Source: Candidatus Thorarchaeota archaeon
GTDB taxonomy: Archaea; Asgardarchaeota; Thorarchaeia; Thorarchaeales; Thorarchaeaceae
NCBI GenBank assembly: GCA_048882325.1
Contig: JBHLRS010000010.1
Location: forward strand, 1-64,000
Length of the DNA: 64,000 bases
Direction: 5' to 3'
A program made the position numbers and the translations under genes. The notes under the pieces were generated by a model. That model was not told where the DNA came from. It saw only the letters and a program-made list of their open reading frames with translations, and did not search any database. This document shows positions 1 to 10,407 of the stretch, piece after piece. Numbering within the stretch: the first letter of the stretch is position 1; every line of letters begins with the position of its first letter.

Positions 1-513
1 GGTAAGAACATCACAGAAATACTGTCACTCACCATTGATGAGGCTCTGGAGTTTTTCGCCGATATTCCAAAGATCGCAGACAAACTGCAGACGTTGGTTG
101 ACGTTGGCCTCGGGTATCTACAACTTGGACAACCTGCCACACAGTTAAGTGGAGGAGAGGCCCAGAGAATGAAACTTGCATCAGAGCTCTCCCGAAAGGC
201 AACAGGTAGAACACTCTATCTTCTCGATGAACCAACAACAGGGCTGTCAGCCTCAGATGTCCATGTCCTCCTACGAGTCATCAACCGTCTTGTGGATGCA
301 GGCAACACAGCAATCATTGTGGAGCACAACCTCGAGGTGATAAAGACAGCAGATTGGGTCATAGATCTCGGGCCTGAGGGTGGTGATGCTGGAGGTGAGT
401 TGATCGCGCAGGGTACTCCTGAAGAGCTCTGTGAAGCGTGGAAGTCATATACAGGGAACCATCTTCGGGATGCAATCTATGGTCCGAATGTGCGATATGG
501 TCCACTGAACTAG
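1..513 (+). CDS. uvrA: Excinuclease ABC subunit A, C-terminal part (truncated by window start)
   Basis: Frame open from base 1 ([19 protein letters not shown]...). Contains [21 protein letters not shown], Walker [17 protein letters not shown] and DLGPEGG, all typical of the second ABC domain of UvrA. Confidence 0.96.
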   Translation, partial: GKNITEILSLTIDEALEFFADIPKIADKLQTLVDVGLGYLQLGQPATQLSGGEAQRMKLASELSRKATGRTLYLLDEPTTGLSASDVHVLLRVINRLVDAGNTAIIVEHNLEVIKTADWVIDLGPEGGDAGGELIAQGTPEELCEAWKSYTGNHLRDAIYGPNVRYGPLN

Positions 514-590
514 TTCATCTAATTTCTGGATTGACAGTGACTTGGTATATCTCCTCTTGAGTTAATTTGATTCTATTACTGGACAATGAA

Positions 591-2462
591 CTAGCCTACA
601 CGCTCCTTCCGACAGATTTCACCAAACATTACTATAATGACAACAGTTGAGAATCCCACCACGACTCCTGCTGCTAATGGTATGGGATTGAATGACTCGG
701 GCGTTGGTGTTGGTGTAGATGTTTGTGTTGTCGAGATGGTCTGATTAGTGGTGATTGGAAGAGAACGATCAGGAGCATAGTAGAAGTTTTGATTATAAGA
801 GAGCTCATAATATTCCCCAGGATCAGAATCTGTGAGGTTGAAAGGTCCTGATGTGACATGAGGATGAGTAGGATTAAAGCTTGGATTCCATGTTTCCCAG
901 CCTTCATAACCAATACCATAGGCATCGTTGAAGATGTGTTTTGGTATAATCCACTGATACGCAAATTTTGAGAAATGCCAAAAAGATTCTGTACTGAATT
1001 CAAACACTACTCTGTACGGAGTGGGTGACCAGATGCCAAATAGAGATCCCGAATCAAATATGTTCGTGATATTTGCCATCATAATGTAGTTGAACGTGAA
1101 GGATACATCTTCAGCAGTCAGAGGCATACCATCAGTCCATGTCGCATTGTGAATGATACCGATTGTGAAACGACTATGGCCTTCTGGTACAGCCTCGTTG
1201 TCAACATGTTTCTCAGTGATTAAGGATTTAGCAAGATCTCCTATTGGATATCCTTCTGGGTCTCTATCATATAATGATGAGTAGAGCATATCTAAGATGT
1301 TTCTTGAATAAGGAGAGTTTGTAGTAAAGATATTGAATGAATTTGGCTCTTGGCTGGTAGCTACATTAAGAGTTCCTCCATAGCCCCCCTCAATCCTATG
1401 GACCTTCCGCATAGTCCATGGTCCAGTGATGTAAGCAGTCATATCTGGGACATGACCAGTGAACTTGTCATTCCTATACCCCTGCATGTAGATGTTCTGA
1501 TATATGACAATCCTCGGAACGTTATAATGCAGGATTTTCTGCATCTCAGCAGCGGCCTCATACACTTCTTCATAGGTCGTTCCATGTAGGAGTTGATCCC
1601 TCCAGGAATCATATGTTGTGTTCACAAAGTTCGTTGGATTCTCGTATGGTACGTCAGCGTATTCACTCCAGTACTCGTATGCGAGCCAATCGACTTTGGT
1701 ACTATAGAAGTTGAGACCGTAGAAAACCACATCATAATCCCCATGGTTGTCTAGCCTTGAGATGTATTCATTGAACTCCGATGCACGGGCTTTTGCGTCT
1801 ATGTGGAGTTCCCTACAAGCGTCCACTCCAAATTGAGCAGAGCCACCTGAGAGCTCACAAGAGGATGAAGCATATTCGAAAACGATGTCAAATGGCGATC
1901 CATCAGGAGCTCGCCGGAACCCTGTTCCTGGATCAATGGTGAAGTTTAGATTGTCCAAGATTGCATTTCCTATGTCCGGTCTAGCGTCATAGTAGTGCCA
2001 TTCGAAATCATCCTCTATGCAGAAGTCGCTGACATAGGGTACAACTGAATCATGTTCTCTAGAAAATCCATCCATAATCATTGATGTCATCTCGTACTTG
2101 TCTAGTGCATATGCAATAGCTCTTCTCAAGCCGCTGATATTCAATGGATACTCTCGACAGTTGATTGTATAATGACCATATCCGTTTCTGAGCGCACTAT
2201 TAATGTCAATGTACTCATCCTCTTGAAGCTCCATGAAATGAACTGGATCAAAGAAACTATTGTCCATATCAATATCCCCCCTCTGGAGTGCGAGAATCCT
2301 CTGATCTTGGTTAGCAATCACCTTGTAGACTATCTTGTCTATATATGGCCCTTCTTTGAGTGATGAACTACTAACTCCTTCTACTTCAAGACTTGATGCA
2401 AGTGCAAGTAATAACACCGACATGATAATTAGAGCAATGAGTCGCGACCTCACCCCTATCAC
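591..2462 (-). CDS. Family-5 (OppA/DppA-like) ABC substrate-binding protein, circularly permuted, C-terminally membrane anchored
   Basis: Signal peptide; motifs LRRAIAYALDK, GGTLNVATSQEP, ATWTDGMPLTAEDV, VTSGPF; Thr/Pro linker, then TM helix and basic tail. Confidence 0.88.
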   Translation of the reverse strand: MIGVRSRLIALIIMSVLLLALASSLEVEGVSSSSLKEGPYIDKIVYKVIANQDQRILALQRGDIDMDNSFFDPVHFMELQEDEYIDINSALRNGYGHYTINCREYPLNISGLRRAIAYALDKYEMTSMIMDGFSREHDSVVPYVSDFCIEDDFEWHYYDARPDIGNAILDNLNFTIDPGTGFRRAPDGSPFDIVFEYASSSCELSGGSAQFGVDACRELHIDAKARASEFNEYISRLDNHGDYDVVFYGLNFYSTKVDWLAYEYWSEYADVPYENPTNFVNTTYDSWRDQLLHGTTYEEVYEAAAEMQKILHYNVPRIVIYQNIYMQGYRNDKFTGHVPDMTAYITGPWTMRKVHRIEGGYGGTLNVATSQEPNSFNIFTTNSPYSRNILDMLYSSLYDRDPEGYPIGDLAKSLITEKHVDNEAVPEGHSRFTIGIIHNATWTDGMPLTAEDVSFTFNYIMMANITNIFDSGSLFGIWSPTPYRVVFEFSTESFWHFSKFAYQWIIPKHIFNDAYGIGYEGWETWNPSFNPTHPHVTSGPFNLTDSDPGEYYELSYNQNFYYAPDRSLPITTNQTISTTQTSTPTPTPESFNPIPLAAGVVVGFSTVVIIVMFGEICRKERVG

Positions 2463-2721
2463 CTGAATAACGCACTTTGTTAGGTTCTTTCCTGTATTAT
2501 TTTTTTTGATAAAGAAAAGGTAGCTGGCTCAGACTGCTCCTTAAACTTTGGAACTCTATTTCTTTACGGGAGTCTTCTTCAGAATAGGAATCACGAGAAA
2601 AACAACTACTGCATCGGCCCTCTAATGATAAGTAACATAGTCATATCCAATGGTGGGTCTATAACTTGCATGAGAACTTGTTCAGGCAAGGAATCTGGTT
2701 GAAGAGCAAAGGGCGTCCTGT

Positions 2722-4626
2722 CTAGGGATTAGTATCCTCAAGGGATCTATAGCGAATGATTAGCAGGACCATTACAATGATGATTACAGATGATGCTCCT
2801 GCTATTGCAGCAGATGCAATTTTGAGGAGGTCTAATGGATTGTGGTTTCCGGGAGGTGTGTCAGGCACTGGGTAATCTGATGACACTTGGTAGTCTGTGG
2901 TAAATGCGTCGAACTCCGGATAGAACGCAAAGTCTGGATTGCTGCCGAGCTCATAGAATGAAGCAGGCTCAAAGTCCTCGAAAACATAGGGGCCTGAGGT
3001 CACATGTGGTGCTTCAGGGTCGTACACAGGATCCCAGCTCATCCATCCATCATATCCAATAGTTTCATTGAAGATATGTTTGGGGATGATCCTGGTGTAT
3101 GCAAACTCTGAGAAATGCCAGAATGATTCAGTGCTGTACTCCATGATGACCCTCGTGGGAGAAGGCGCATATGCTGCAACAAAATCGGTCATTGGTTCGA
3201 TAGGTGTGATTGGCCTCGTAATTCCTGCCTCGAACATGTATGTGTGAGTGAATGCAACATCCTCTGCAGTTACTCGGACACCATCACTCCATGTCGCGTT
3301 GTCAATGATGTCTATGGTGAATCGGGTGTGACCATCTGGGACAGAAGAATTGTCCGCATGAGTCTCAGTGATCATTTGTCTGACAAGATAGGGAAATGGT
3401 GTCAGATCGGGTGCAAGAGTGAAGAGTGATGGCCAGAGCTCATAGAACATGCTCTCTGAAACCATATTACTATCGAGAAAGATGTTGAAGCTGTCTGGGT
3501 CCGTGCTGATTCCCACAGTGACAGTGCCACCTGGTTCTCCATCTATTTTGTGGATCTTTCTCATGGTCCATGGTCCACTGATATGCCTCCCAAGGTCGGG
3601 GACATGCCCTGCGAATTTGTCATTTCTGTATGGCTGCAAGTATATGTTCATGTAGACGACAAGTCTTGGGACATTGTATTGGAGAATCTTCTGCATCTCA
3701 GAAGCAGCTTCATACACCTCATCATAGGTTGTCCCATACAGGAGTTGATCCCTCCAGCTGTCGTATGTTGCATTTCTGAAGTTGCAGGGGTTCTGGTACG
3801 GGACGTCAGCATACTCACTCCAATATTCAGACCCAAGCCAATCAACATCATAGTCGATGAAGTTGAAAGCGTAGAAGACCATGTCATAGTCTCCGTGGCT
3901 GTCTAGTCTGGAGATGTATTCGTTGAACTCAGCTGCCTGGACACTAGCATTGACATCTAGAGACCTGAGAGCGTCAACACCAATCTGAGCGGTACAACCA
4001 GCAATCTCTGGTGATGATGAGGTGTACTCAATGACCACATCGAATGGTGAGCCGTCAGGTGCGAGCCTGTAGCCTGTCCCTGAATCAATACTGAAGTTGA
4101 GATTGTCAAGGATCTGATTCCCGATGTCAGACCTATTGGTGTAGTAGTGATAGTCCAAGTCATCCTCAATGGACCACCCATTCGCATATGGGACGACTGA
4201 ATCATGAACTCGTGAGAATCCGTCAAAGATCTCGACTTGAACAGCGACCTTGTCAAAGGCATAAGCGAATGCTCGTCTAAAACCGCTGATGTTCAGAGGA
4301 TACTTAGCACAGTTAATAGTGATGTGTCCGTATCCGTTTCTGAGCGCACTATAGACATCAATGTCCGGATCTCCATCCAATGATGCATAGAAGTACTGAG
4401 GTGGAGTAAAATTTAGATCCATCTCTATGATTCCTGATAGAAGGTCTAGGACGCGTTGATCCTGATCGGGTTCAACAAGATACACAATCTTGTCAACATA
4501 TGGTCCAACATTCAATCCGCTTGGTTGGTTTCGGAGAGCTGCTGAGAAACTGGGAGATAGCATCAGGGGTATCAGGAGTAGAATGCACGATAACGCGATG
4601 CTCCACAGTTTCCTCAATTTTCTCAC
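2722..4626 (-). CDS. Family-5 ABC substrate-binding protein paralogue 2, circularly permuted
   Basis: Same motifs (FRRAFAYAFDK, GGTVTVGISTDP, ATWSDGVRVTAEDV, VTSGPY). Likely start is GTG 4626 (MRKLRKLW signal peptide); the ORF track start is 4677. Confidence 0.86.
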   Translation of the reverse strand: MRKLRKLWSIALSCILLLIPLMLSPSFSAALRNQPSGLNVGPYVDKIVYLVEPDQDQRVLDLLSGIIEMDLNFTPPQYFYASLDGDPDIDVYSALRNGYGHITINCAKYPLNISGFRRAFAYAFDKVAVQVEIFDGFSRVHDSVVPYANGWSIEDDLDYHYYTNRSDIGNQILDNLNFSIDSGTGYRLAPDGSPFDVVIEYTSSSPEIAGCTAQIGVDALRSLDVNASVQAAEFNEYISRLDSHGDYDMVFYAFNFIDYDVDWLGSEYWSEYADVPYQNPCNFRNATYDSWRDQLLYGTTYDEVYEAASEMQKILQYNVPRLVVYMNIYLQPYRNDKFAGHVPDLGRHISGPWTMRKIHKIDGEPGGTVTVGISTDPDSFNIFLDSNMVSESMFYELWPSLFTLAPDLTPFPYLVRQMITETHADNSSVPDGHTRFTIDIIDNATWSDGVRVTAEDVAFTHTYMFEAGITRPITPIEPMTDFVAAYAPSPTRVIMEYSTESFWHFSEFAYTRIIPKHIFNETIGYDGWMSWDPVYDPEAPHVTSGPYVFEDFEPASFYELGSNPDFAFYPEFDAFTTDYQVSSDYPVPDTPPGNHNPLDLLKIASAAIAGASSVIIIVMVLLIIRYRSLEDTNP

Positions 4627-4686
4627 CCGAATCCGCTCTAAATAAATGCATATTCTCCTAAAATGTCTTGGATTCAATCAATGGAA

Positions 4687-6540
4687 CTACTTTGGGCGCC
4701 TGTAGCGGCGAATGACCTCCCCCAGAACTATTACAATAACTGCGATTGATGCTCCAAAGGTGGCAGCAAGAAATACGTCCATGAGGTCGTCTGGCTCTGG
4801 ACTTGTTGGTTGCGTGGTCGTAGTGGTTGATGTAGTTGGTTCAGGAGAACGATTAGGTGCAAAGTAGAAGTCGGGGTTGTAGGAGAGGGTGTAGAACTCA
4901 CCTGCATTGTAATCTTCGAAGGTGAAAGGGCCTGAGGTCACATGTGGTTCTACAGGGTCGAACACAGGGTTCCAGGTTTTCCATGCCTCATGCCCTATAC
5001 CAGTGACATCGTTGAAAATGTGTCTAGGGATTATCTTGGTAAATGCAATGTCATAGAAGTGCCAGTATGATTCCGAACTGAATTCAAATATGACTCGATA
5101 TGGTGTTGGTGACCAGACGCCATACAGGTCACTCAACGGCAGAAGAATGGTCGCATTCGCATCAAGCATGTAGTTGTAGGTGAAGGCGACATCCTCTGCT
5201 GTGAGTGGTACACCATTACTCCAAGTGGCATTTCTAATGATGTCAAATATGAAACGAGAATGCCCCTCTGGAATTGATGAATCATCTGCATGTGTTTCAA
5301 ACAGAATGGACTTAGCTAGATCAGGTACTGGCTCATTACCCGGACCATAATCATAGAGAGAGGAGTACAGGTTTTCTAGGACTATGTTTGAATAATCTGA
5401 ATGTGTAACAAAGATATTGAATGAGTCTGGCTCCTGACCGATTGCAATATCAACAGTTCCTCCAAATGAGCCACTCAGTCTTCGTATATTTCTTGTAGTC
5501 CACGGACCTGAGATGCCCTTCGTGAGGTCTCCAACATGTCCCGTAAACTTATCGATACGATATCCTGAGTTGTAAATGTTCTCATAGATGACGATTCTGG
5601 GAACATTAAAGTGTAGAATTCTCTGCATCTCTGCAGCCGCCTCATAGACCTCTCCATAGGTTGTCCCGTGTAAGAATTGGTCACGCCAATAATCGTAGGT
5701 TGCATTCACAAAATTAGTGGGATTCTTTTGATATACATCCACATTTTCTGACCAATATTCATCTGCTAGGAACCGAGCATCATTTCCCTCAAAGATTGCT
5801 CCATAGAATACAATATCATAGTGACCATGATTGTTTAATCTATCAAACATATCCGCGTATTCGACAGCACGTCTCTGTACATTAATGTGAAGTGACTCAC
5901 AAGCCCAGACCATAATTTCTGCCGTTGCACCTGGTAACTCACAGGCAGGTACGTATTCCATTGTGATATTGAAGGGTGAGGCATCTGGTGCCAACCTGAA
6001 TCCAGTTCCAGGATCAATGGTGAATCCCAAATCATCAAGAATCGCATTTCCAATCCATGGCTGTGCAGTGTAGTAATGCCATTCCAACTGGTCTTCGACA
6101 CACCAATCCATGGGATAGGGAACAAGTGAGTCATGTAATTGCGAATAACCATCCATGACTAATTGCATGTGAGCCTCTTTGTCCAATGCATATGCAATTG
6201 CCCTTCTCAGTCCACTGATGTTCAGTGGGTAGTCTCGACAGTTGATTGTATAATGCCCATATCCATTTCTGACAGTGGAAAAATAGTCAAGATCTGGATT
6301 ACTGTCAAATATCGACTGATGAACTGGGTCGAAAAATGAAGAATCAAGATCGATGTCCCCACTCTCGAGTGCAAGCATACGTTGGTCCTGGTTCGAAATC
6401 ACCTTGTAAACAAGACTATCTATATACGGTCCAACTCTCAGTGAGTGTGGGATATCCTCCTGAGCTACAGCAACCAAGCTACTTGTTAATGGAAACAATA
6501 GCGCACTAATCATTAGAAGTGCGAAGATTCTTCTGCTCAC
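4687..6540 (-). CDS. Family-5 ABC substrate-binding protein paralogue 3, circularly permuted
   Basis: Same motifs (LRRAIAYALDK, GGTVDIAIGQEP, ATWSNGVPLTAEDV, VTSGPF); Thr-rich linker, TM helix, RRYRRPK tail. Confidence 0.88.
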   Translation of the reverse strand: MSRRIFALLMISALLFPLTSSLVAVAQEDIPHSLRVGPYIDSLVYKVISNQDQRMLALESGDIDLDSSFFDPVHQSIFDSNPDLDYFSTVRNGYGHYTINCRDYPLNISGLRRAIAYALDKEAHMQLVMDGYSQLHDSLVPYPMDWCVEDQLEWHYYTAQPWIGNAILDDLGFTIDPGTGFRLAPDASPFNITMEYVPACELPGATAEIMVWACESLHINVQRRAVEYADMFDRLNNHGHYDIVFYGAIFEGNDARFLADEYWSENVDVYQKNPTNFVNATYDYWRDQFLHGTTYGEVYEAAAEMQRILHFNVPRIVIYENIYNSGYRIDKFTGHVGDLTKGISGPWTTRNIRRLSGSFGGTVDIAIGQEPDSFNIFVTHSDYSNIVLENLYSSLYDYGPGNEPVPDLAKSILFETHADDSSIPEGHSRFIFDIIRNATWSNGVPLTAEDVAFTYNYMLDANATILLPLSDLYGVWSPTPYRVIFEFSSESYWHFYDIAFTKIIPRHIFNDVTGIGHEAWKTWNPVFDPVEPHVTSGPFTFEDYNAGEFYTLSYNPDFYFAPNRSPEPTTSTTTTTQPTSPEPDDLMDVFLAATFGASIAVIVIVLGEVIRRYRRPK

Positions 6541-6613
6541 CCCTACTCACCCTGCTGGATTATAGGATGACACTACAATTCTGACAGTTTTAATTCTTTG
6601 GACTCTTGATTGT

Positions 6614-7258
6614 TCACAGTTTGACTGCTATGGTACAACCTTCTCCAATTGGAAGGATTGTACTATCGACTTTGTATTCCAGAAGCTCTCTGTTGAATCT
6701 GTCAATTGCTTTCGTTGAATCATTCCACTGTTCTTGAGGTCTTATTGGTGGCCATAAGGTATCATCAACAAGGAAGAGCCCTCCCTTCTTCAAGACTCTG
6801 ATGCAATCAGCGAGCATTACGGGATACCCTCGTTTGGTTGAGTCTTGGAATACGACATCGAATGATTCCGATTCCAACCCTGCCAGGATTTCTATTGCAT
6901 CTCCTACAATAATCTCTATGCTGTCAGACACTCCCTCTCTTTCGAATGCCTTTTTTGCAATGTCAACAATGGATTCATCAATCTCAATTGTAGTGACTTC
7001 ACCTCCAAACTTCTTCGCAGCTAGTGCAAGAGATGTCGTTGAGAAACCAATGCTCATTCCTATCTCCAGAACCCTCTTTGGTCTGGCAAGAGTCAGAAGG
7101 ATGTTGAACAAGCGAGCCATCTCATCCTCAATAGGCGGTCCGAAGCTCTCAAGACCTGTAGCGTTAATGAAATCATCAAGCCTCAGTCTATCGGTGTCCT
7201 TGTAGATGTCATCGATGTAATCCCAGGCTTTCTGACAATCAAATGGAACTTCACTCAT
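6614..7258 (-). CDS. SAM-dependent O-methyltransferase (CCoAOMT/YrrM-like family)
   Basis: RVLEIGMSIGFS, FDVVFQD, LKKGGLFLVDDTLW, LPIGEG. Confidence 0.85.
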   Translation of the reverse strand: MSEVPFDCQKAWDYIDDIYKDTDRLRLDDFINATGLESFGPPIEDEMARLFNILLTLARPKRVLEIGMSIGFSTTSLALAAKKFGGEVTTIEIDESIVDIAKKAFEREGVSDSIEIIVGDAIEILAGLESESFDVVFQDSTKRGYPVMLADCIRVLKKGGLFLVDDTLWPPIRPQEQWNDSTKAIDRFNRELLEYKVDSTILPIGEGCTIAVKL

Positions 7259-7651
7259 ACTGAAACATAGTTAACCTTCCTTTATGTGGGTTCAGCAATG
7301 GGCAGTTTGGTGATGACTCTCAAAACATTGACTGAACACGAAAACGCGCCTTCCCTTTCGATTTGTCGAACAATGTTTCAAATTATCTCAATGAAAAAGC
7401 CAGAATTCTAAAGGTCAATCACTGTTCATAATTCTCTCTCTCTATAAAGGGGATTTATGAAATCTGAATTATGTCAAAAAATCTTTCAAAAACCTCTATT
7501 TCTCTATAAAAAGTCAATATATGACCTTTTGATAGAATAATAATAGGCGAATACAATACGCACACGGTATATAACAGGAATTTCAACAATCGAATATGGT
7601 TGTTCATCTCTGACAACCATTCGCACTGTCCGCCGGGAGGACGTAGCACAC

Positions 7652-8167
7652 ATGACACTAAGAAACGAGTCCACTGACTCAACGCCAACAATGGCATCGA
7701 CAACAAAGACAACAAGTACTATTTACGAAGAAGACCTCAGAAGGAGAATTGCCACTTTTCCGAGAGACGTACTCGCATGGTTTGCACTAGGGAAATATCT
7801 ACGAGCTGTGGGACGACTCAAGGAGGCAGAGGAAGCACTTCGTAAGGCTGTTTCAATAAATTCAGGGCCTACTCCCTTCTGGGAGGAGCTCGCCCTCACA
7901 CTCGTTGACCAAGGACGATTAGATGAGGCCTATACAATCTGTGATCGGAATCTACGTCACAACGTCGACTCCATTCAGAAGAGGGTCGCTGAATTAAGGA
8001 AGCTCGAGAGGTCTACAGACTCTGACTATCCGAAAGAAACCTCACCTTGTGTAGCTTGTCCAGAGTATACTTACTATGGATGTTCTCGCGGCTCCGAGTG
8101 TGACGCGATTGTTCGATGGCGCTCAGCTATGGCCAATATCATACCAAGTATGAAGGACCGAACTTGA
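7652..8167 (+). CDS. TPR protein with C-terminal four-Cys motif
   Basis: TPR helices (AWFALGKYL...EAEEALRKAV; FWEELALTL...GRLDEA); C-terminal PCVACPEYTYYGCSRGSECDAIVRW. Confidence 0.75.
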   Translation: MTLRNESTDSTPTMASTTKTTSTIYEEDLRRRIATFPRDVLAWFALGKYLRAVGRLKEAEEALRKAVSINSGPTPFWEELALTLVDQGRLDEAYTICDRNLRHNVDSIQKRVAELRKLERSTDSDYPKETSPCVACPEYTYYGCSRGSECDAIVRWRSAMANIIPSMKDRT

Positions 8168-8260
8168 ACATACCAAAACTAGGTTAAGCGCACCTTCCGA
8201 ATCACTGATTTATGGTAGTCTTATCAAGACAAATACATACAGACTGTTGGAAGGAACCCG

Positions 8261-10072
8261 ATGTCGGATCTCAAAGCGCTCGTCCAAGATTTACCTGAAA
8301 GTCCAGGCGTGTATCTCTGGAAGGACGAGAAGGGAACGATTCTCTACATTGGTAAAGCAAAACATCTCCGAAGAAGAGTCAACTCATACTTGAGGAAATC
8401 AGGGCATTACAGAAGGATTGAGGAGATGATGTTCTATGCAAGAGACCTCGAAACCATCCTTACTAACACTGAACGGGAGGCACTTGTTCTAGAGCAGACA
8501 TTGATCAAGAAACATCAACCAAGATACAACATTGCGTTGAAGGATGACAGACGACATGCTTGGGTGCGGATGGATCCCACCATGAGATATCCTGTCTTTG
8601 AGATTACTCGGGATGCTGAGAAGGACGGTGCGACATACTATGGACCATATGGGAGTACGAAGCGTCTCGAACGGTTTCTTGACACAATCAGGAAATCTAT
8701 TCCAGTAGCTATGTGTAAGGACCCGGAAAAAGAAAAGCGAGCATGCATGGATTATCATCTGGACCGCTGTACTGGCCCGTGTGAGGACCACATCTCTGAA
8801 GAAGATTACAGGGTTCTTGTTAATCAGATGAACTACTATCTTGAAGGCCGTCCGGATGACCTCCGGAAGTCTCTACAAAAACAGATGGAAACCGCTGCAA
8901 ATGAGGAAAAGTTTGAGAAGGCTGCAGAGCTGAGGGACCGACTCACAGACCTAGAAATCCTACTGAGCAGACAAAAGGTTGTCCGCTATGAAGGTTCACA
9001 TAGCGACATTCTAGGCATCTCGCGAACGGAGCAGGCTGCACTCATTGACATGTTGATAATCCGTAACGGAAGAATGATTGGAGTTGACAACTTCTATTTT
9101 GAGATAGATCTAGACACTCCAGACGCTGAAGTACTCACTGCTTTCATTGAGCAATTCTACTTCACTATCCCACGATTGCCTGACCAGATAATCCTCCCTT
9201 GTGAGATATCAGAGATGAATGAGCTAAGCTCGTGGCTTTCTGATATCAATGGACATTCAGTTCAGATTATGTTACCAGATGATGATAGGACCTCTGAGCT
9301 AGTGGAAATGGCAAATAAGAACGCACATCGTGCACTGAGGAAGATGTTGATTCTCGGTGAGAGTCAAGATGAGATTGTACATGAAGGGGTCAAGCAGCTG
9401 AAGGAGGCACTCAGACTCGCTCAAGCTCCAATGCGGATTGAGGGTTTTGATATAGCAAATATCCAAGGTACAGATCCGACTGGTTCATGTGTGGTCTTCA
9501 AAAATGGTGAGCCCTATAACAAGCGTTATCGCATGTTCAAAGTCAGAGTCAAAGAAACACCTGATGACTATGCAATGATGCGAGAGGTAGTCTATCGCAG
9601 ATATTTTGGTGTCCTTGAGCGACGTGATGTTCTTCCAGACCTTATTTTGATTGATGGCGGTAAAGGGCAGCTCAAGATGGCACTTGAGGCTTTAGAGGAA
9701 CTAGGACTTGATTATGTCCCTGTGGTAGCGCTTGCCAAGAGGGAAGAGACCATGTATACCCGCGACAATCTCGATGGTGTCAATCTCGAGGTTGGGTCAG
9801 AGGGTCTTCGTCTTGTTCAGAGAATTCGTGATGAAGCACACAGATTTGCGCAGCGGTATCATCACAAGCTTCGGGAAAAGAGATTCACCGGGTCCATTCT
9901 CGAGGATGCTCCGGGCATTGGCCCCAAGCGACGGATAGCATTACTACATGAGTTTGGAAGCTTTGAGAAGGTTAAGGAGGCTACAGTGGAGCAGCTCACC
10001 CAAGTTGAAGGTATGACGGAAAAGACAGCTCTTGCTCTTAGAAAATGGTTGGATAGCGATGAAGTTTTTTGA
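8261..10072 (+). CDS. uvrC: Excinuclease ABC subunit C
   Basis: GIY-YIG domain (PGVY...LYIGKAKHLRRRVNSY), UVR domain FEKAAELRD, RNase H-like RIEGFDI and LILIDGGKGQ, IRDEAHRFA, HhH GIGPKRR. Confidence 0.97.
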   Translation: MSDLKALVQDLPESPGVYLWKDEKGTILYIGKAKHLRRRVNSYLRKSGHYRRIEEMMFYARDLETILTNTEREALVLEQTLIKKHQPRYNIALKDDRRHAWVRMDPTMRYPVFEITRDAEKDGATYYGPYGSTKRLERFLDTIRKSIPVAMCKDPEKEKRACMDYHLDRCTGPCEDHISEEDYRVLVNQMNYYLEGRPDDLRKSLQKQMETAANEEKFEKAAELRDRLTDLEILLSRQKVVRYEGSHSDILGISRTEQAALIDMLIIRNGRMIGVDNFYFEIDLDTPDAEVLTAFIEQFYFTIPRLPDQIILPCEISEMNELSSWLSDINGHSVQIMLPDDDRTSELVEMANKNAHRALRKMLILGESQDEIVHEGVKQLKEALRLAQAPMRIEGFDIANIQGTDPTGSCVVFKNGEPYNKRYRMFKVRVKETPDDYAMMREVVYRRYFGVLERRDVLPDLILIDGGKGQLKMALEALEELGLDYVPVVALAKREETMYTRDNLDGVNLEVGSEGLRLVQRIRDEAHRFAQRYHHKLREKRFTGSILEDAPGIGPKRRIALLHEFGSFEKVKEATVEQLTQVEGMTEKTALALRKWLDSDEVF

Positions 10073-10161
10073 TTTTCCTTTCGTTATCTGACAGAATGAT
10101 ATAAAGGCGTAACATGAACTTCATCAGATACAATCGTTTGAGCCGAATTCACAGGAGTGTA

Positions 10162-10407
10162 ATGGAAATGCCCATCAAAGTCTTCCTCGCTGTCAACTCT
10201 AAATATGGCAAGGCTCAAGAGGTTCAGAAAAGACTGAGATCCATTGATGAGGTCAAACTCGCTTGTTCCATCTCTACTGGGTCCTACGATGTAGTGGCGA
10301 TGATTGAAGTCCCATCACTCGATGAGTATCGCACTTTCTCTATCGACAAAGTTAGCGCAGTCCCAAATGTCACTAACTATACGTCGTTCATTATCATGGA
10401 TGAGTAA
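10162..10407 (+). CDS. Stand-alone Lrp/AsnC ligand-binding (RAM) domain protein
   Basis: STGSYDVVAMIEV and V..V..YTSFII pattern; no HTH. ATG 10162 follows an aggagtg RBS-like sequence. Confidence 0.78.
   Translation: MEMPIKVFLAVNSKYGKAQEVQKRLRSIDEVKLACSISTGSYDVVAMIEVPSLDEYRTFSIDKVSAVPNVTNYTSFIIMDE

Noticed and set aside
7310-7340. GTGATGA...CTGA resembling half of a C/D-box RNA
   Set aside because: No C'/D partner boxes follow and no rRNA-complementary guide is recognisable.
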